A stretch of 64,000 nt of DNA from Burkholderiales bacterium (GTDB lineage Bacteria; Pseudomonadota; Gammaproteobacteria; Burkholderiales; SG8-39), in the NCBI GenBank assembly GCA_014860445.1, contig JACZJT010000032.1:74268-138267 (forward strand). Reading direction: 5' to 3'. Positions 49,375 to 58,448 of this stretch are shown piece after piece. The position numbers and the translations under genes are program-made. Positions within the stretch are counted from its first letter, which is position 1. Each line of letters begins with the position of its first letter. The notes under the pieces are model-generated. The model was given only the letters and a program-made list of their open reading frames with translations, did no database searches and was not told the DNA's origin.

Positions 49375-49716
49375 TCAACGCGCGGCTGGCGCGCGTCGGC
49401 GCTTTACGGGGGCCGCCTTGGGCAGGCATTGCGCGCCCTGGCAGCAGTTGTCGGTGAGGAAAGCGAGCAGCGCATCCATTGCCGCGTAGTCTGCGACGTA
49501 GAAAATGAAACGGCCTTCCTGTCGCCCGTTGATCAGTCCGACCCGCGACAGGTGTGCGAGGTGGAAGGAGAGCGTCGCCGGCGCGAGTTGCAGCTTTTCG
49601 CAGATCAACCCTGCGCTGACGCCCGACGGTCCGGCCTGAACCAGCAGGCGAAAGATGGCGAGCCGGGTTTCGTGTCCGAGGGCGGCGAGCTTGTCACTGG
49701 CGATCGTAGTTTCCAT
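49375..49716 (-). CDS. arsR: ArsR-family arsenite-responsive repressor with C-terminal Cys triad
   Basis: Internal ATG at 49716 (METTIASDKLAALGHETRLAIFRLL...), 113 aa. No ELCVCD in helix 3. Cys91-Cys92-Cys97 (DNCCQGAQC) sit near the C-terminus, resembling the Acidithiobacillus ferrooxidans ArsR type. Confidence 0.92.
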   Translation of the reverse strand: METTIASDKLAALGHETRLAIFRLLVQAGPSGVSAGLICEKLQLAPATLSFHLAHLSRVGLINGRQEGRFIFYVADYAAMDALLAFLTDNCCQGAQCLPKAAPVKRRRAPAAR

Positions 49717-49736
49717 ATTTCGAGTATTATCGAAAT
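49717..49736. promoter_or_regulatory. Candidate ArsR operator
   Basis: Inverted repeat ATTTCGA-gtatta-TCGAAAT directly abutting the arsR start codon. Confidence 0.5.
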
Positions 49737-49871
49737 GTGGATTCCTGTCAATGGCGCCGCCGCCAGTGCTCCCGTCCGCGCGATGCGCAGATGGCATAAT
49801 GGGACAGCGCCGGGCGACCGCCGGTACTCAACCGATGCGAACAATCTAGGCGACGCGGTACAAGAACGACA

Positions 49872-50765
49872 ATGGCCATGAAAGCCACGAAGAAAATGGC
49901 GCTGCTCTCGATCGCTACCTCGATCGGCACGCTCGCCCTGAAATTTTGCGCGTATTTTCTGACGGATTCGGTGAGCCTCCTGTCCGACGCGCTGGAGGCG
50001 CTGGTCAATCTCGCCGCGGGCCTGGTTGCGCTGACCGCACTCACCATCGCAGAGCAGCCCGCCGACGACAGACATACCTACGGCCACGACAAGGCGGAGT
50101 ATTTCTCCATCGGTGTCGAGGGCACGCTGATCCTGTTCGCTGCGGTGTCCATTATCTATGCCGGATGGAGCCGCTTTTTGCACCCGGTGCTTCCGGACCA
50201 TCTCGGCTGGGGAATATCCGTCGGGCTGCTTGCGGCGGGGATGAACTTTGCCACCGCGCGCATCATGCTCAAGGTCGCCGCCGAGCATGACAGCGTCACC
50301 ATCGAAGCCGACGCCAAGCATTTGCTGACCGACGTGTGGACCTCGGCCGGCGTGCTGGGCGGGCTGATGGTGATCGTGTTCCTGCCCGCTTGGAAAATAC
50401 TCGACCCGCTGATGGCCATCGCGGTGGGCCTGCACATCGTTGTCACCGGCGTCGATCTGCTGCGCCGCTCGATCGACGGCCTGATGGACGTGGCGCTGTC
50501 GCCGGAGGAAATCAGCAAAGCGGAAGAAATCATCCAGGCCGGATTGCCTGCCGGGGCGAGTTTTCATGCGCTGCGCACGCGCAAGGCCGGGGCCACGCGC
50601 TTCATCGAGTTTCATCTGCTGTTGCCGGGGGAAACCAGCGTGCGCGAATCGCACGATTTGTGCGACCGGCTGGAGGAATCGATCGCCGGCCATCTGGCAA
50701 AGGCGTCGGTCACCATACACGTGGAACCGCATGAGGCCCATGCGCCGCCTGCAAGTCCACGGTGA
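49872..50765 (+). CDS. Cation diffusion facilitator (CDF) family metal efflux transporter
   Basis: 297 aa. Six TM segments, the CDF signature SLLSDALEALVN...HTYGHDKAE, and a C-terminal cytoplasmic domain. Confidence 0.93.
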   Translation: MAMKATKKMALLSIATSIGTLALKFCAYFLTDSVSLLSDALEALVNLAAGLVALTALTIAEQPADDRHTYGHDKAEYFSIGVEGTLILFAAVSIIYAGWSRFLHPVLPDHLGWGISVGLLAAGMNFATARIMLKVAAEHDSVTIEADAKHLLTDVWTSAGVLGGLMVIVFLPAWKILDPLMAIAVGLHIVVTGVDLLRRSIDGLMDVALSPEEISKAEEIIQAGLPAGASFHALRTRKAGATRFIEFHLLLPGETSVRESHDLCDRLEESIAGHLAKASVTIHVEPHEAHAPPASPR

Positions 50766-50947
50766 TATTCCACAAAACGAATTGCGGAAAATGCCAAATT
50801 AAGAGAGCATGAGGGGGAACACCCCCCCCTGTTTCGCCGCAGATTCTTTCCGGACCTGTTAAAGAATGTCAAACAGGGCCGCAGGCATTGATTTTTCTGC
50901 GCGCTTGGCGAAATGATGGGCCAACTGAATCTAATCGCGAGGCGTGC

Positions 50948-52468
50948 ATGATCAAGCTGTTCGGAAGCAGGAAACCGGATCACCCGATGGCCGACCTCAA
51001 GGAGACGAAGAAGCTCCTTGCGGAATTGCCCACCGGCGACGCTTTCAAATGTCTGGACGAACTGGGCCATTGGCTCGAATCGGTGATGGCGGAGGAGGGT
51101 TTCAAGCCGGAATATCGCGTCCAACTGGTACAACTGCTGGACGAGGCGGCGCAGATCCCGTTGCGCAAGCTCACGCGCGATTACGTGGCATCGCCGCGGC
51201 TCTCGAAATTTCAGGAGACGCGGCTGTGGACGGCGATCTTCGCGTACTGGCGCCAGTCGGCGCTGGCCTATGTCGCTTGCATCGAACTCTACGCGGCGGG
51301 GGCCAAAGGCGCGGATGCGCTGAAGTCCGCCATGCCGCTGTTGCTCGCGCGCGCATTGCGCGCGCTGTCGGCCCAGGTGAAATGGATGTACGTGCGCTAC
51401 GGGCCGATGGACCAGTCCGTGTGGGGTGTCATTGCGAAAGTCTATGCGCTGGCGGAAACGGGCAAATTCGCGCAATCCGCGGTGACGCTCTATCCCGGTA
51501 ATCCGGGCGATTCGACGCCGGAGCAGGAGTTTCTGAAAGTGGTCATGCTGTCGGCGTCCTCCCCGGCCAGTTTGTTGCCGCTGGAAATCGAACTGTGCGA
51601 GCGACTGATCGCGCATTTTTGCGCATCGTTCACGCTGCGCCTGGAATTGCAGCCTGATATCGCCTACTGGATCGATCTCGCCACCAGCCAGGCGCCGCTG
51701 CGCCTGGCACGTCCGCCGCAGCATGCCCCGACGCTGCGCTTTTTTGCCGCGGGCAAGGCGCTGGAAGATCTCGAAGCACTGATCGGCACCATCAAGTCCA
51801 AGGGTGCGGTGCCCTCGCAGGTGAATCTGGGCGGCAGTTATCCCGCGGAATCCGTACTCGACGTGCTCAATCACCTGGCGCTTTACTGGTCGAACAAGCC
51901 ACCGGAGCGCAAGCACCAGCGACATCGGGTGAAATCGCGCCTCAACGTCGTGCATGGCTACGAGGGCGTACTTAGCCTGTTCGGCGCCGGGCCGGACGAA
52001 AATGCCGATACCGAATCCTGGATCGTCGAGGACGTCAGTGCCGGCGGTTTCGGCGCGGGCATTCCGGAAATCAGGGGAGAGTGGCTGAAGATCGGCTGTT
52101 TGCTCGGCCTGCAGCCCGATGGCGGCGATACCTGGGTGCTCGGCGTGGTGCGCCGCCTGCAACGCGAAATCCCGCTGAAGGGCCTGGTCGGCATACAGAA
52201 CATCGCCAAATCGGCGGAAATGGTGGAATTGAGCGTGAGCGGTGGTGCCGGCGGCGAGACCGGCATTCTGATCAGCGACATCGGCGCCTCGCCCGGCGAG
52301 GCGCGCGTGCTGCTGCGTGCGGGTGCGTTTGTCCCCGGACAGAACATGGAGTACAGCAAAGGTGACGCGACCTGCCTGTTGATGCCGCTGGGCGTGGTCG
52401 AGAGCAGTGAAGAATACGATGTGGTCCGGTTTCGCGAAATGATACGCGAGGCCCCGAGCGAGGAATGA
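50948..52468 (+). CDS. Hypothetical protein with predicted C-terminal PilZ (c-di-GMP-binding) domain and unassigned roughly 315-aa N-terminal domain
   Basis: ATG at 50948 (MIKLFGSRKPDH...) inside track ORF 50888..52468, 506 aa. RxxxR (R321-K-H-Q-R325) followed about 35 aa later by DxSxxG (D362-V-S-A-G-G367). Confidence 0.7.
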   Translation: MIKLFGSRKPDHPMADLKETKKLLAELPTGDAFKCLDELGHWLESVMAEEGFKPEYRVQLVQLLDEAAQIPLRKLTRDYVASPRLSKFQETRLWTAIFAYWRQSALAYVACIELYAAGAKGADALKSAMPLLLARALRALSAQVKWMYVRYGPMDQSVWGVIAKVYALAETGKFAQSAVTLYPGNPGDSTPEQEFLKVVMLSASSPASLLPLEIELCERLIAHFCASFTLRLELQPDIAYWIDLATSQAPLRLARPPQHAPTLRFFAAGKALEDLEALIGTIKSKGAVPSQVNLGGSYPAESVLDVLNHLALYWSNKPPERKHQRHRVKSRLNVVHGYEGVLSLFGAGPDENADTESWIVEDVSAGGFGAGIPEIRGEWLKIGCLLGLQPDGGDTWVLGVVRRLQREIPLKGLVGIQNIAKSAEMVELSVSGGAGGETGILISDIGASPGEARVLLRAGAFVPGQNMEYSKGDATCLLMPLGVVESSEEYDVVRFREMIREAPSEE

Positions 52469-52567
52469 GGCTGCGGGCGCAACGCGCCCGCGCTCAAACG
52501 TGATGCGCTGTTCCGGCGCCCCTGCCGGCCGCTATAATGAACCCCTCCATCTGGTTCGACGGTCTTC

Positions 52568-54190
52568 ATGTACCAACATTATTTCGGCCTGTCCGACGCG
52601 CCGTTCTCCATTGCGCCGGATCCGCGCTACCTGTTCCTGAGCCAGCGCCATCAGGAGGCGCTGGCGCATCTGCTCTACGGCGTCAACGGCGACGGCGGCT
52701 TCGTGCTGCTCACCGGAGAAATCGGTGCGGGCAAGACCACGGTGTGCCGTTGTCTGTTGCAGCAAATCCCGGATTCCTGCGACGTCGCCTACATTTTCAA
52801 TCCCAAGCTGACGGTGGAGGAGTTGCTCTCGACCATCTGCCTCGAGTTCGGCATCGAATACCCGGCAGGCAACACCAGCGTCAAGGTGTACGTCGATTGC
52901 ATCAATGCCTACCTGCTCGATGCCCATGCCAGGGGCAGGCACACGGTGCTGATCATCGACGAAGCGCAGAACCTTTCGTCCGACGTGCTGGAGCAGATGC
53001 GCCTGCTGACCAATCTGGAAACCGACAGGCGAAAACTGCTGCAAATCATCCTGCTGGGCCAACCCGAACTCGCGCTGATGCTGGAGCGGCCGGAACTGCG
53101 GCAACTGAGCCAGCGCATCGTCGCGCGCTACCATCTGGGTCCGCTGAGCAAGGCCGAGGTTGCGGCCTACGTGCGCCACCGGCTGGAGATTTCGGGCGCG
53201 CAACGGCAGCTGTTTCCCGCGCGGCTGATGGGCCGCCTGTATCGTTTGAGCGGCGGCGTCCCGCGCGTCATCAACGTGCTGTGCGATCGCGCGCTCCTGG
53301 GCGCCTACGTGCAGGGCAAGGAGCGCATCGATGGCGCGACGCTGGCAAAGGCGGCGCGCGAAGTGTTTCACCAGCCCTCCGTGTGGCAGGGCCGGCTGCG
53401 CATGCTCGGGAGCGGTGCGGTCCTGCTCGTGGGTTTGGCGCTTGCGCTCGCCGTGTACTGGAAGGAACAAGGCGAGCCGGGCGTGGCGGCTGTGCAGACT
53501 GGCGCAAATGCGCCCGCTGCAGCGCTGTCGAAATCCAAGCCGGAACCCAAACCCGTGGCGGCGCTGCCGGATACCCTGGCATGGCCGGCGGATCTCGCGT
53601 TCGGCGACAGCCGCGCGCTGGCTTACGCAGCGCTGTTCCGTGCCTGGGGCGCGGAGTATCCGGGCGGAGACGCCTGCAAACAGGCGGAAGGCCTGGGTTT
53701 GCGCTGTTACAGCGCGCGCGCGGGGCTGGACGAACTGCGCGAACTGAACCGGCCGGCGGTGCTGCTGTTGCACGACCGGGAAGGCCGGGAATTCCACGCC
53801 GTGCTGAACGCGCTGGATGACAAGTCGCTCGGCTTCGCCATGGGCGGGCAGACCGTGACGGTCGCGATCGGGGCGCTGGCCGCGCAATGGTCGGGGCAGT
53901 ACACCCTGCTTTGGCGCATGCCGGCCGAAGCGCACGAGAATATCCGCGCCGGCGAGCGCGGGCCGGCCGTCGTGTGGCTGAGACGGCAACTCGCGCAGGC
54001 ACAGGGCCGCGCGGACGATGAAGGACAGGAGCCGTCCTTCGATCAGGAATTGTTGCGTCAGGTGAAACAATTCCAGCTCGATCAGGGTCTGGTGCCCGAC
54101 GGCGTCGTCGGGCCCCGTACGCTCATGCGCCTGGCGGCCGTGGCGGACGAAACGGCGCCGAAGCTGATGCGCAAGCCGGTGGGGAAATAG
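52568..54190 (+). CDS. gspA: T2SS accessory ATPase GspA/ExeA (AAA+ with C-terminal peptidoglycan-binding domain)
   Basis: 540 aa. Walker A GEIGAGKT, Walker B VLIIDEAQ, one TM segment, and a C-terminal PG_binding_1-like LKQFQLDQGLVPDGVVGPRT. Confidence 0.92.
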   Translation: MYQHYFGLSDAPFSIAPDPRYLFLSQRHQEALAHLLYGVNGDGGFVLLTGEIGAGKTTVCRCLLQQIPDSCDVAYIFNPKLTVEELLSTICLEFGIEYPAGNTSVKVYVDCINAYLLDAHARGRHTVLIIDEAQNLSSDVLEQMRLLTNLETDRRKLLQIILLGQPELALMLERPELRQLSQRIVARYHLGPLSKAEVAAYVRHRLEISGAQRQLFPARLMGRLYRLSGGVPRVINVLCDRALLGAYVQGKERIDGATLAKAAREVFHQPSVWQGRLRMLGSGAVLLVGLALALAVYWKEQGEPGVAAVQTGANAPAAALSKSKPEPKPVAALPDTLAWPADLAFGDSRALAYAALFRAWGAEYPGGDACKQAEGLGLRCYSARAGLDELRELNRPAVLLLHDREGREFHAVLNALDDKSLGFAMGGQTVTVAIGALAAQWSGQYTLLWRMPAEAHENIRAGERGPAVVWLRRQLAQAQGRADDEGQEPSFDQELLRQVKQFQLDQGLVPDGVVGPRTLMRLAAVADETAPKLMRKPVGK

Positions 54191-54192
54191 AC

Positions 54193-54918
54193 GTGTCCTA
54201 TATTCTCGACGCCTTGCGAAAATCCGATCAGCTGCGCCAGCGCGGCGCGGCGCCGACGCTGCTGCTGGGACAGGCGGCGACGCCCGGGCCGAAACAGCCG
54301 GCATTTTTTTACTACGGCCTGCTCGCACTGGTGCTGCTGGGCGCGGGCATTGCGATCGGTTGGCTGCGTCCCTGGCAGTCGGCGCCGGTTGCTGCGCCGC
54401 CCGCAGCGGTCGCTGCAAACGGTCCCGCATCGGAGGTCCGCGTGCCGGCACCGCCGCCCGATAGCGCGCCAGTTCCGGTGCAGGAAACGCGTGCACAGCC
54501 TGCCGCGCAAATTGCGGCGCCGGCGATGCGGCCGGTTCCCCCCCCCGCACCCGCGAAACCGCGGGCACACGCAAGCGACAAACCGAAGGTGCAGACGGCG
54601 CCGCCCAAACCGGTCGCCGAAGCGCCGAAGCGGGCTGCGGATTCAGCCCCGCCGAAGAGCCCCCCCATCGGCGCCGCACCGTCCGCACCAGTGGTGGCGA
54701 TGTCCGATCTGCCGCTTGCGATTCAGCAGGAGCTGCCGCCGATGTCGATTTCGGTGCACGCCTATTCGAGCAAGGCCGGGGAGCGCCTGGTCGGCATCAA
54801 CAACCGGCTGCTGCACGAAGGGCAGGAGGTGGCGCCCGGACTCAAGCTGGAGGAGATCACGCCAAACGGCATGATACTCAGCTACCGGGGCTACAATTTC
54901 CGCCGCGGTGTGCACTAG
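54193..54918 (+). CDS. gspB: T2SS accessory protein GspB/ExeB
   Basis: 241 aa, GTG start 3 nt after the gspA stop. MSYILDALRKS N-terminus, one TM segment, a Pro/Ala-rich linker, and the C-terminal GspB domain ...VHAYS....R.V.IN......G. Confidence 0.85.
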   Translation: MSYILDALRKSDQLRQRGAAPTLLLGQAATPGPKQPAFFYYGLLALVLLGAGIAIGWLRPWQSAPVAAPPAAVAANGPASEVRVPAPPPDSAPVPVQETRAQPAAQIAAPAMRPVPPPAPAKPRAHASDKPKVQTAPPKPVAEAPKRAADSAPPKSPPIGAAPSAPVVAMSDLPLAIQQELPPMSISVHAYSSKAGERLVGINNRLLHEGQEVAPGLKLEEITPNGMILSYRGYNFRRGVH

Positions 54919-54975
54919 CATTTTCGGGGCGTAGTCCGGGCAAGGCCCGAAACAAGGCTCTGAAAACCGACAGCC

Positions 54976-55719
54976 CTACTTGAGGAGCAACTCGAAGCGG
55001 CCTGCGCCGCGCTCGACGGCGATCATGCGCAGCAAGGGCGAGAGTTGCTGCTGCTGCGGCGGCGGAACGCGTGCGCTGCCCCGGAACTGCGGGTTTTGAC
55101 CGCTGCTCCAGGAACCCTGGCCATCAAGTTGTAGCGGACCCTGCAACGTGCGCAGTGATGCGCGCACCGCCGCACCGTCGCCTTCGAGTCTCAGTTCGTA
55201 GTCGCCCAAGGGCGAGATCCGCGTGAACGCCGAGCCCGCGCCGCGCCATTGCAGCGTGGCGTTGCCCTGAACCGAGCCGCGCCCGAACGAGAGTCGCGCA
55301 ATGTGCAGCAGCATGTCGCCGGTGAGCCCCAGCGGCGCGAGCTTGGGCGCGCCCAGTCCCAGGGTCGCGGCCGGCAGATTGATATCGGCGCCCTCCACTT
55401 CGATCCGCGTCGCGGAGACCGTCACCGGGAAATGCCTCGCCGCGTGGTCCAGCGTGACTTCGTAGAACAGCCTCCCGCGCAGCAAGTACGCGGGCCGGAA
55501 CCGCCAGGCGATGTGTTTTGCGATGCCGGTGTCGCGGCTTGCGTCGCGTATTTCGATCTGTCCGGTTCCCGACCAGAGTGTTCCGTGGGCTTCGGCGAGA
55601 CGCAGTCCACCCGCGCTCGCCCGATCCAGACGGGCGTCAATCAGGGTCGCCGGCGCGGTGGCGATCAGGCCGAGCGCATAGGCCACGAGCCCCAGGCCGA
55701 TCAGTTGCCAACGACTCAC
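54976..55719 (-). CDS. gspN: T2SS protein GspN
   Basis: GTG at 55719 (VSRWQLIGLGLVAY...) forms a GTGA overlap with the gspM stop, 247 aa. Lower part of track ORF 54976..56184. GTLWSG motif. Confidence 0.82.
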   Translation of the reverse strand: MSRWQLIGLGLVAYALGLIATAPATLIDARLDRASAGGLRLAEAHGTLWSGTGQIEIRDASRDTGIAKHIAWRFRPAYLLRGRLFYEVTLDHAARHFPVTVSATRIEVEGADINLPAATLGLGAPKLAPLGLTGDMLLHIARLSFGRGSVQGNATLQWRGAGSAFTRISPLGDYELRLEGDGAAVRASLRTLQGPLQLDGQGSWSSGQNPQFRGSARVPPPQQQQLSPLLRMIAVERGAGRFELLLK

Positions 55720-56207
55720 TGCGATTTGGGGCGGGCGAGGGTGGCCGTTACGCTCACCAGCCCCGGCGTGCTCAGCGCTTCGATGCGGCTGGTGTCGAGG
55801 CGGATGCGCTGCGCCTGCAGGCTTGCAATCCAGATGAGCCAGTCGGCAAACGGCACCGAGCCGAATACCACCTGCACCTGGTCCGCATCCCTGGCGTCGA
55901 TGCGCAGCAGGGCGCCCGCGAGCCCGGCGCTGCCGGCGAGGGTTTGCACCTGTGTGCGCAAATCGCTCTGCGGCGCCGGGCTGGCCGGCGCGGCGCGCGC
56001 ACGCGCGAGTTCGTTTGCATCCGCGTCCAGACGCAGCGCCTGTGTGCGCAGCACGGACAGGGACGAGCCCAGCTGGGCGCGCCCGCGGTATGCCGATTGC
56101 ACCAGCAACAGATATAAGGCGACGCCGACGATTGCGGCCAGCACGACGATGATCATCCGGTCCCGCGGTGAGCGCGATTCCCACAGCTTGAGCATGCGCG
56201 CCTTCAT
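55716..56207 (-). CDS. gspM: T2SS inner-membrane protein GspM
   Basis: Internal ATG at 56207 (MKARMLKLWESRSPRDRMIIVVLAAIV...) with ATGA overlap with the gspL stop, 163 aa. Confidence 0.88.
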   Translation of the reverse strand: MKARMLKLWESRSPRDRMIIVVLAAIVGVALYLLLVQSAYRGRAQLGSSLSVLRTQALRLDADANELARARAAPASPAPQSDLRTQVQTLAGSAGLAGALLRIDARDADQVQVVFGSVPFADWLIWIASLQAQRIRLDTSRIEALSTPGLVSVTATLARPKSQ

Positions 56208-57430
56208 GATGAACGCACCGTGAGGACCACCGTGCCGCGGCCGGAACGCGCCGCGTTGGGCGCGGCGATCGCGCCCTTGTCGACGCGCAAGCCGGCCTGG
56301 AGCAGATGCGCCACGATGCGGCGAACGCCCGCGTCCTCTACGCCGGCAAGTTCCAGCGTCATGCGTCCGCCCTCGTAGGACGCGATGCGCAAGGCGCCCG
56401 GCGGTGTCTGCTTCAGCGCGGCCGCCACGTTTACTATCATCGGCAGAAAATCGCCGCTGTCGGTCTGTCCTGCGGCGTGGCGCGCTTCGGCGAGCTTGCG
56501 CCGCATTTGCAGCGCCGGGTCCGCCACCGCGACCGCATCGGGAAAGGCGGTGCGAAAGCGCGCTTCCATGCGCGTGCGCAGACCGCGCTGCTCGTTGGCA
56601 AGCCGCGTCCAATCGACGACCAGGGCCAGCGCGTGCACGGCCAGTGCTGCGCCCACGATCCAGGCGGCAGGGCGCAAGCGCGCCAGCGTGCCCGATGGAA
56701 AGCGCCAGCCGGTGCGCTCCTGTGCCAGGCTGATACCGGACTGCGGCGCCGCGGTGCGCCAGCTCCAGGGCTCGGCGCGGCGCAGGGCCACGCCGAGGGC
56801 GCGCTGCCAGGACTCGATTTCCAGCGGCGCATCAGGCGCGGTCGCGTACACCGCCACGGCGGCTGGCGCCACGCCGCGCGCTTTCGCCTCGTCCAGCATC
56901 AATTTCAGCGACAGCGGCGGGGACGCGGGGTCGCCGCAGTCGGTCGCCGTACCTTCGATTTCGGAGGTGCGCAGATAGCCTTCGCGGCCGTCCCAGGCGA
57001 GGCTCCACTCGCCCGCCCGCCACGGCAGCATCAGCGTCTCGCAGTGCACTTCATAGCCGTGGATGCCCACGGCGCCGAGCGCATCGCTCCAGGTCTTGAG
57101 CCCCTGCCGGTCCGCGACGGCAAGCACATCGGTGTCCGCGACCGAGCCCAGCCAGCTGACCTGGCTCGCATCGGGATCGCCGACGGTTTCATCTTCCACG
57201 GCATAGGCGAGCACGGATCCGGTGCGGCGCCTGGCCGATTCCGGCAGGCGCGAACGCGTGATCAGGACTTCGGCGGCGGGAAGCACCAGCTGCACGCGTT
57301 CGGCGCGCTGCGGCAACTGCGCGAGCGGACCTTCGCCGGTCAGCGGATCGCGGCCGTCGCCGATCAGCGCCCACTCGCAGCGCAGCGGCGCATCGCGCAA
57401 GGAAGAACAGTAGATTCGAAGCAAACTCAT
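56204..57430 (-). CDS. gspL: T2SS inner-membrane protein GspL
   Basis: 408 aa. Cytoplasmic actin-like domain, a single TM segment (AAWIVGAALAVHALALVV), and a periplasmic domain. Confidence 0.9.
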   Translation of the reverse strand: MSLLRIYCSSLRDAPLRCEWALIGDGRDPLTGEGPLAQLPQRAERVQLVLPAAEVLITRSRLPESARRRTGSVLAYAVEDETVGDPDASQVSWLGSVADTDVLAVADRQGLKTWSDALGAVGIHGYEVHCETLMLPWRAGEWSLAWDGREGYLRTSEIEGTATDCGDPASPPLSLKLMLDEAKARGVAPAAVAVYATAPDAPLEIESWQRALGVALRRAEPWSWRTAAPQSGISLAQERTGWRFPSGTLARLRPAAWIVGAALAVHALALVVDWTRLANEQRGLRTRMEARFRTAFPDAVAVADPALQMRRKLAEARHAAGQTDSGDFLPMIVNVAAALKQTPPGALRIASYEGGRMTLELAGVEDAGVRRIVAHLLQAGLRVDKGAIAAPNAARSGRGTVVLTVRSS

Positions 57431-57521
57431 AGCATGGCCCTGGTCGAGATTATCCTTGAATCGAGGGCGCCCAGGCGGCCGCCCCGTGAAATTTTGTTTT
57501 GGTTCGTTCTGTGTTTGTCCG

Positions 57522-58448
57522 TCATAGGTACTTGCGCCATACGATATCCGGCCAGCCGCTGGATCCGCGGGCGAGCAGGGCTTTGCCGCTGGCTTGCGCG
57601 CCGCCTATGGTCACGCGCAGTGTCGCCATGAAGTATTCGCTGCTCACGCCGATGTCGCCGGCGGCGGCTTCGACGCCGCGCGGCATCCGCCTGGTGAAAT
57701 CGCCGCTGTCGCGAAAATACGCGCGGTCGCGTTGCGCCACCAGCCCCTGGGCGCTGCCGAGGTCCAGTCCGTCGATCACGGCGGCCATCACTTCGGCCGA
57801 GGCGGTATTGACGTTGATCGCCGTGAATCCGGGCAGCGCCGTGATGTACGGGCGCAGGCGGGCGCGCACGTTTTCGTCGTAGCCGCGCACCAGCGCGAGT
57901 TCGGCCACGTCGATCAGCGGCTGGTTCGCGGGAAGGTAGGGCGGGTCGAGCGCGAGATAGTAGGCGTCCTCGGCACCGTCGCGCGGCTGCGGTATTTCGT
58001 CCCGGTCGATCCAGTCCGCCAGCGCGTCAGCGAGCTCATCGGGCAGGCCCAGCGTTGAGAGCAGGTTTCGATAATGCGCCAGCTGCGTCACGTTGATCTT
58101 GCCGTTACTGATGATGTTGTTGAGATTGAACGCACCTTGCTGATCCTCGATCTGCCCGATGAGCTCGCCGTTTTCAACCGGCAACGGCGGCAGTTTCAAG
58201 GCCCAGGGTTCGCCCAGGTGGTCGACGTTGCTCAATTTGCGGTCGTCGGCGAGCAGGGCGCGCGCCCAGTCGGCGCCGGCCAGAAGCACGGCGCGCGCCT
58301 GTATGTGCTCGGTGGTCAGCTCGACCTGGCGCGCCCAGGTGCTTTGCGACACCATGATCGCCGCGGCCGCCATCGCGGCGAGCGCAACGACGCCCATGGC
58401 GAGCACGATGGCTACGCCGCGCTGTCGCTGTCGTAACTTTACGCTCAT
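57522..58448 (-). CDS. gspK: T2SS minor pseudopilin GspK
   Basis: 308 aa. RQRGVAIVLAMGVVAL N-terminus and SAM-like insert ...INVNTASAEVMAAV... Confidence 0.93.
   Translation of the reverse strand: MSVKLRQRQRGVAIVLAMGVVALAAMAAAAIMVSQSTWARQVELTTEHIQARAVLLAGADWARALLADDRKLSNVDHLGEPWALKLPPLPVENGELIGQIEDQQGAFNLNNIISNGKINVTQLAHYRNLLSTLGLPDELADALADWIDRDEIPQPRDGAEDAYYLALDPPYLPANQPLIDVAELALVRGYDENVRARLRPYITALPGFTAINVNTASAEVMAAVIDGLDLGSAQGLVAQRDRAYFRDSGDFTRRMPRGVEAAAGDIGVSSEYFMATLRVTIGGAQASGKALLARGSSGWPDIVWRKYL

Noticed and set aside
52532-54688. 718-aa minus-strand ORF antisense to gspA and gspB
   Set aside because: It is an Arg/Ala/Pro-rich translation with no recognisable domain, while the plus strand encodes well-supported GspA (Walker A/B, PG-binding) and GspB. 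The same reasoning applies to other long antisense ORFs: 3603..5129, 8004..9902, 11742..13910, 16538..18490, 24703..26217, 28528..29805, 31781..33151, 33623..34807, 50612..52162 and 61996..63258.
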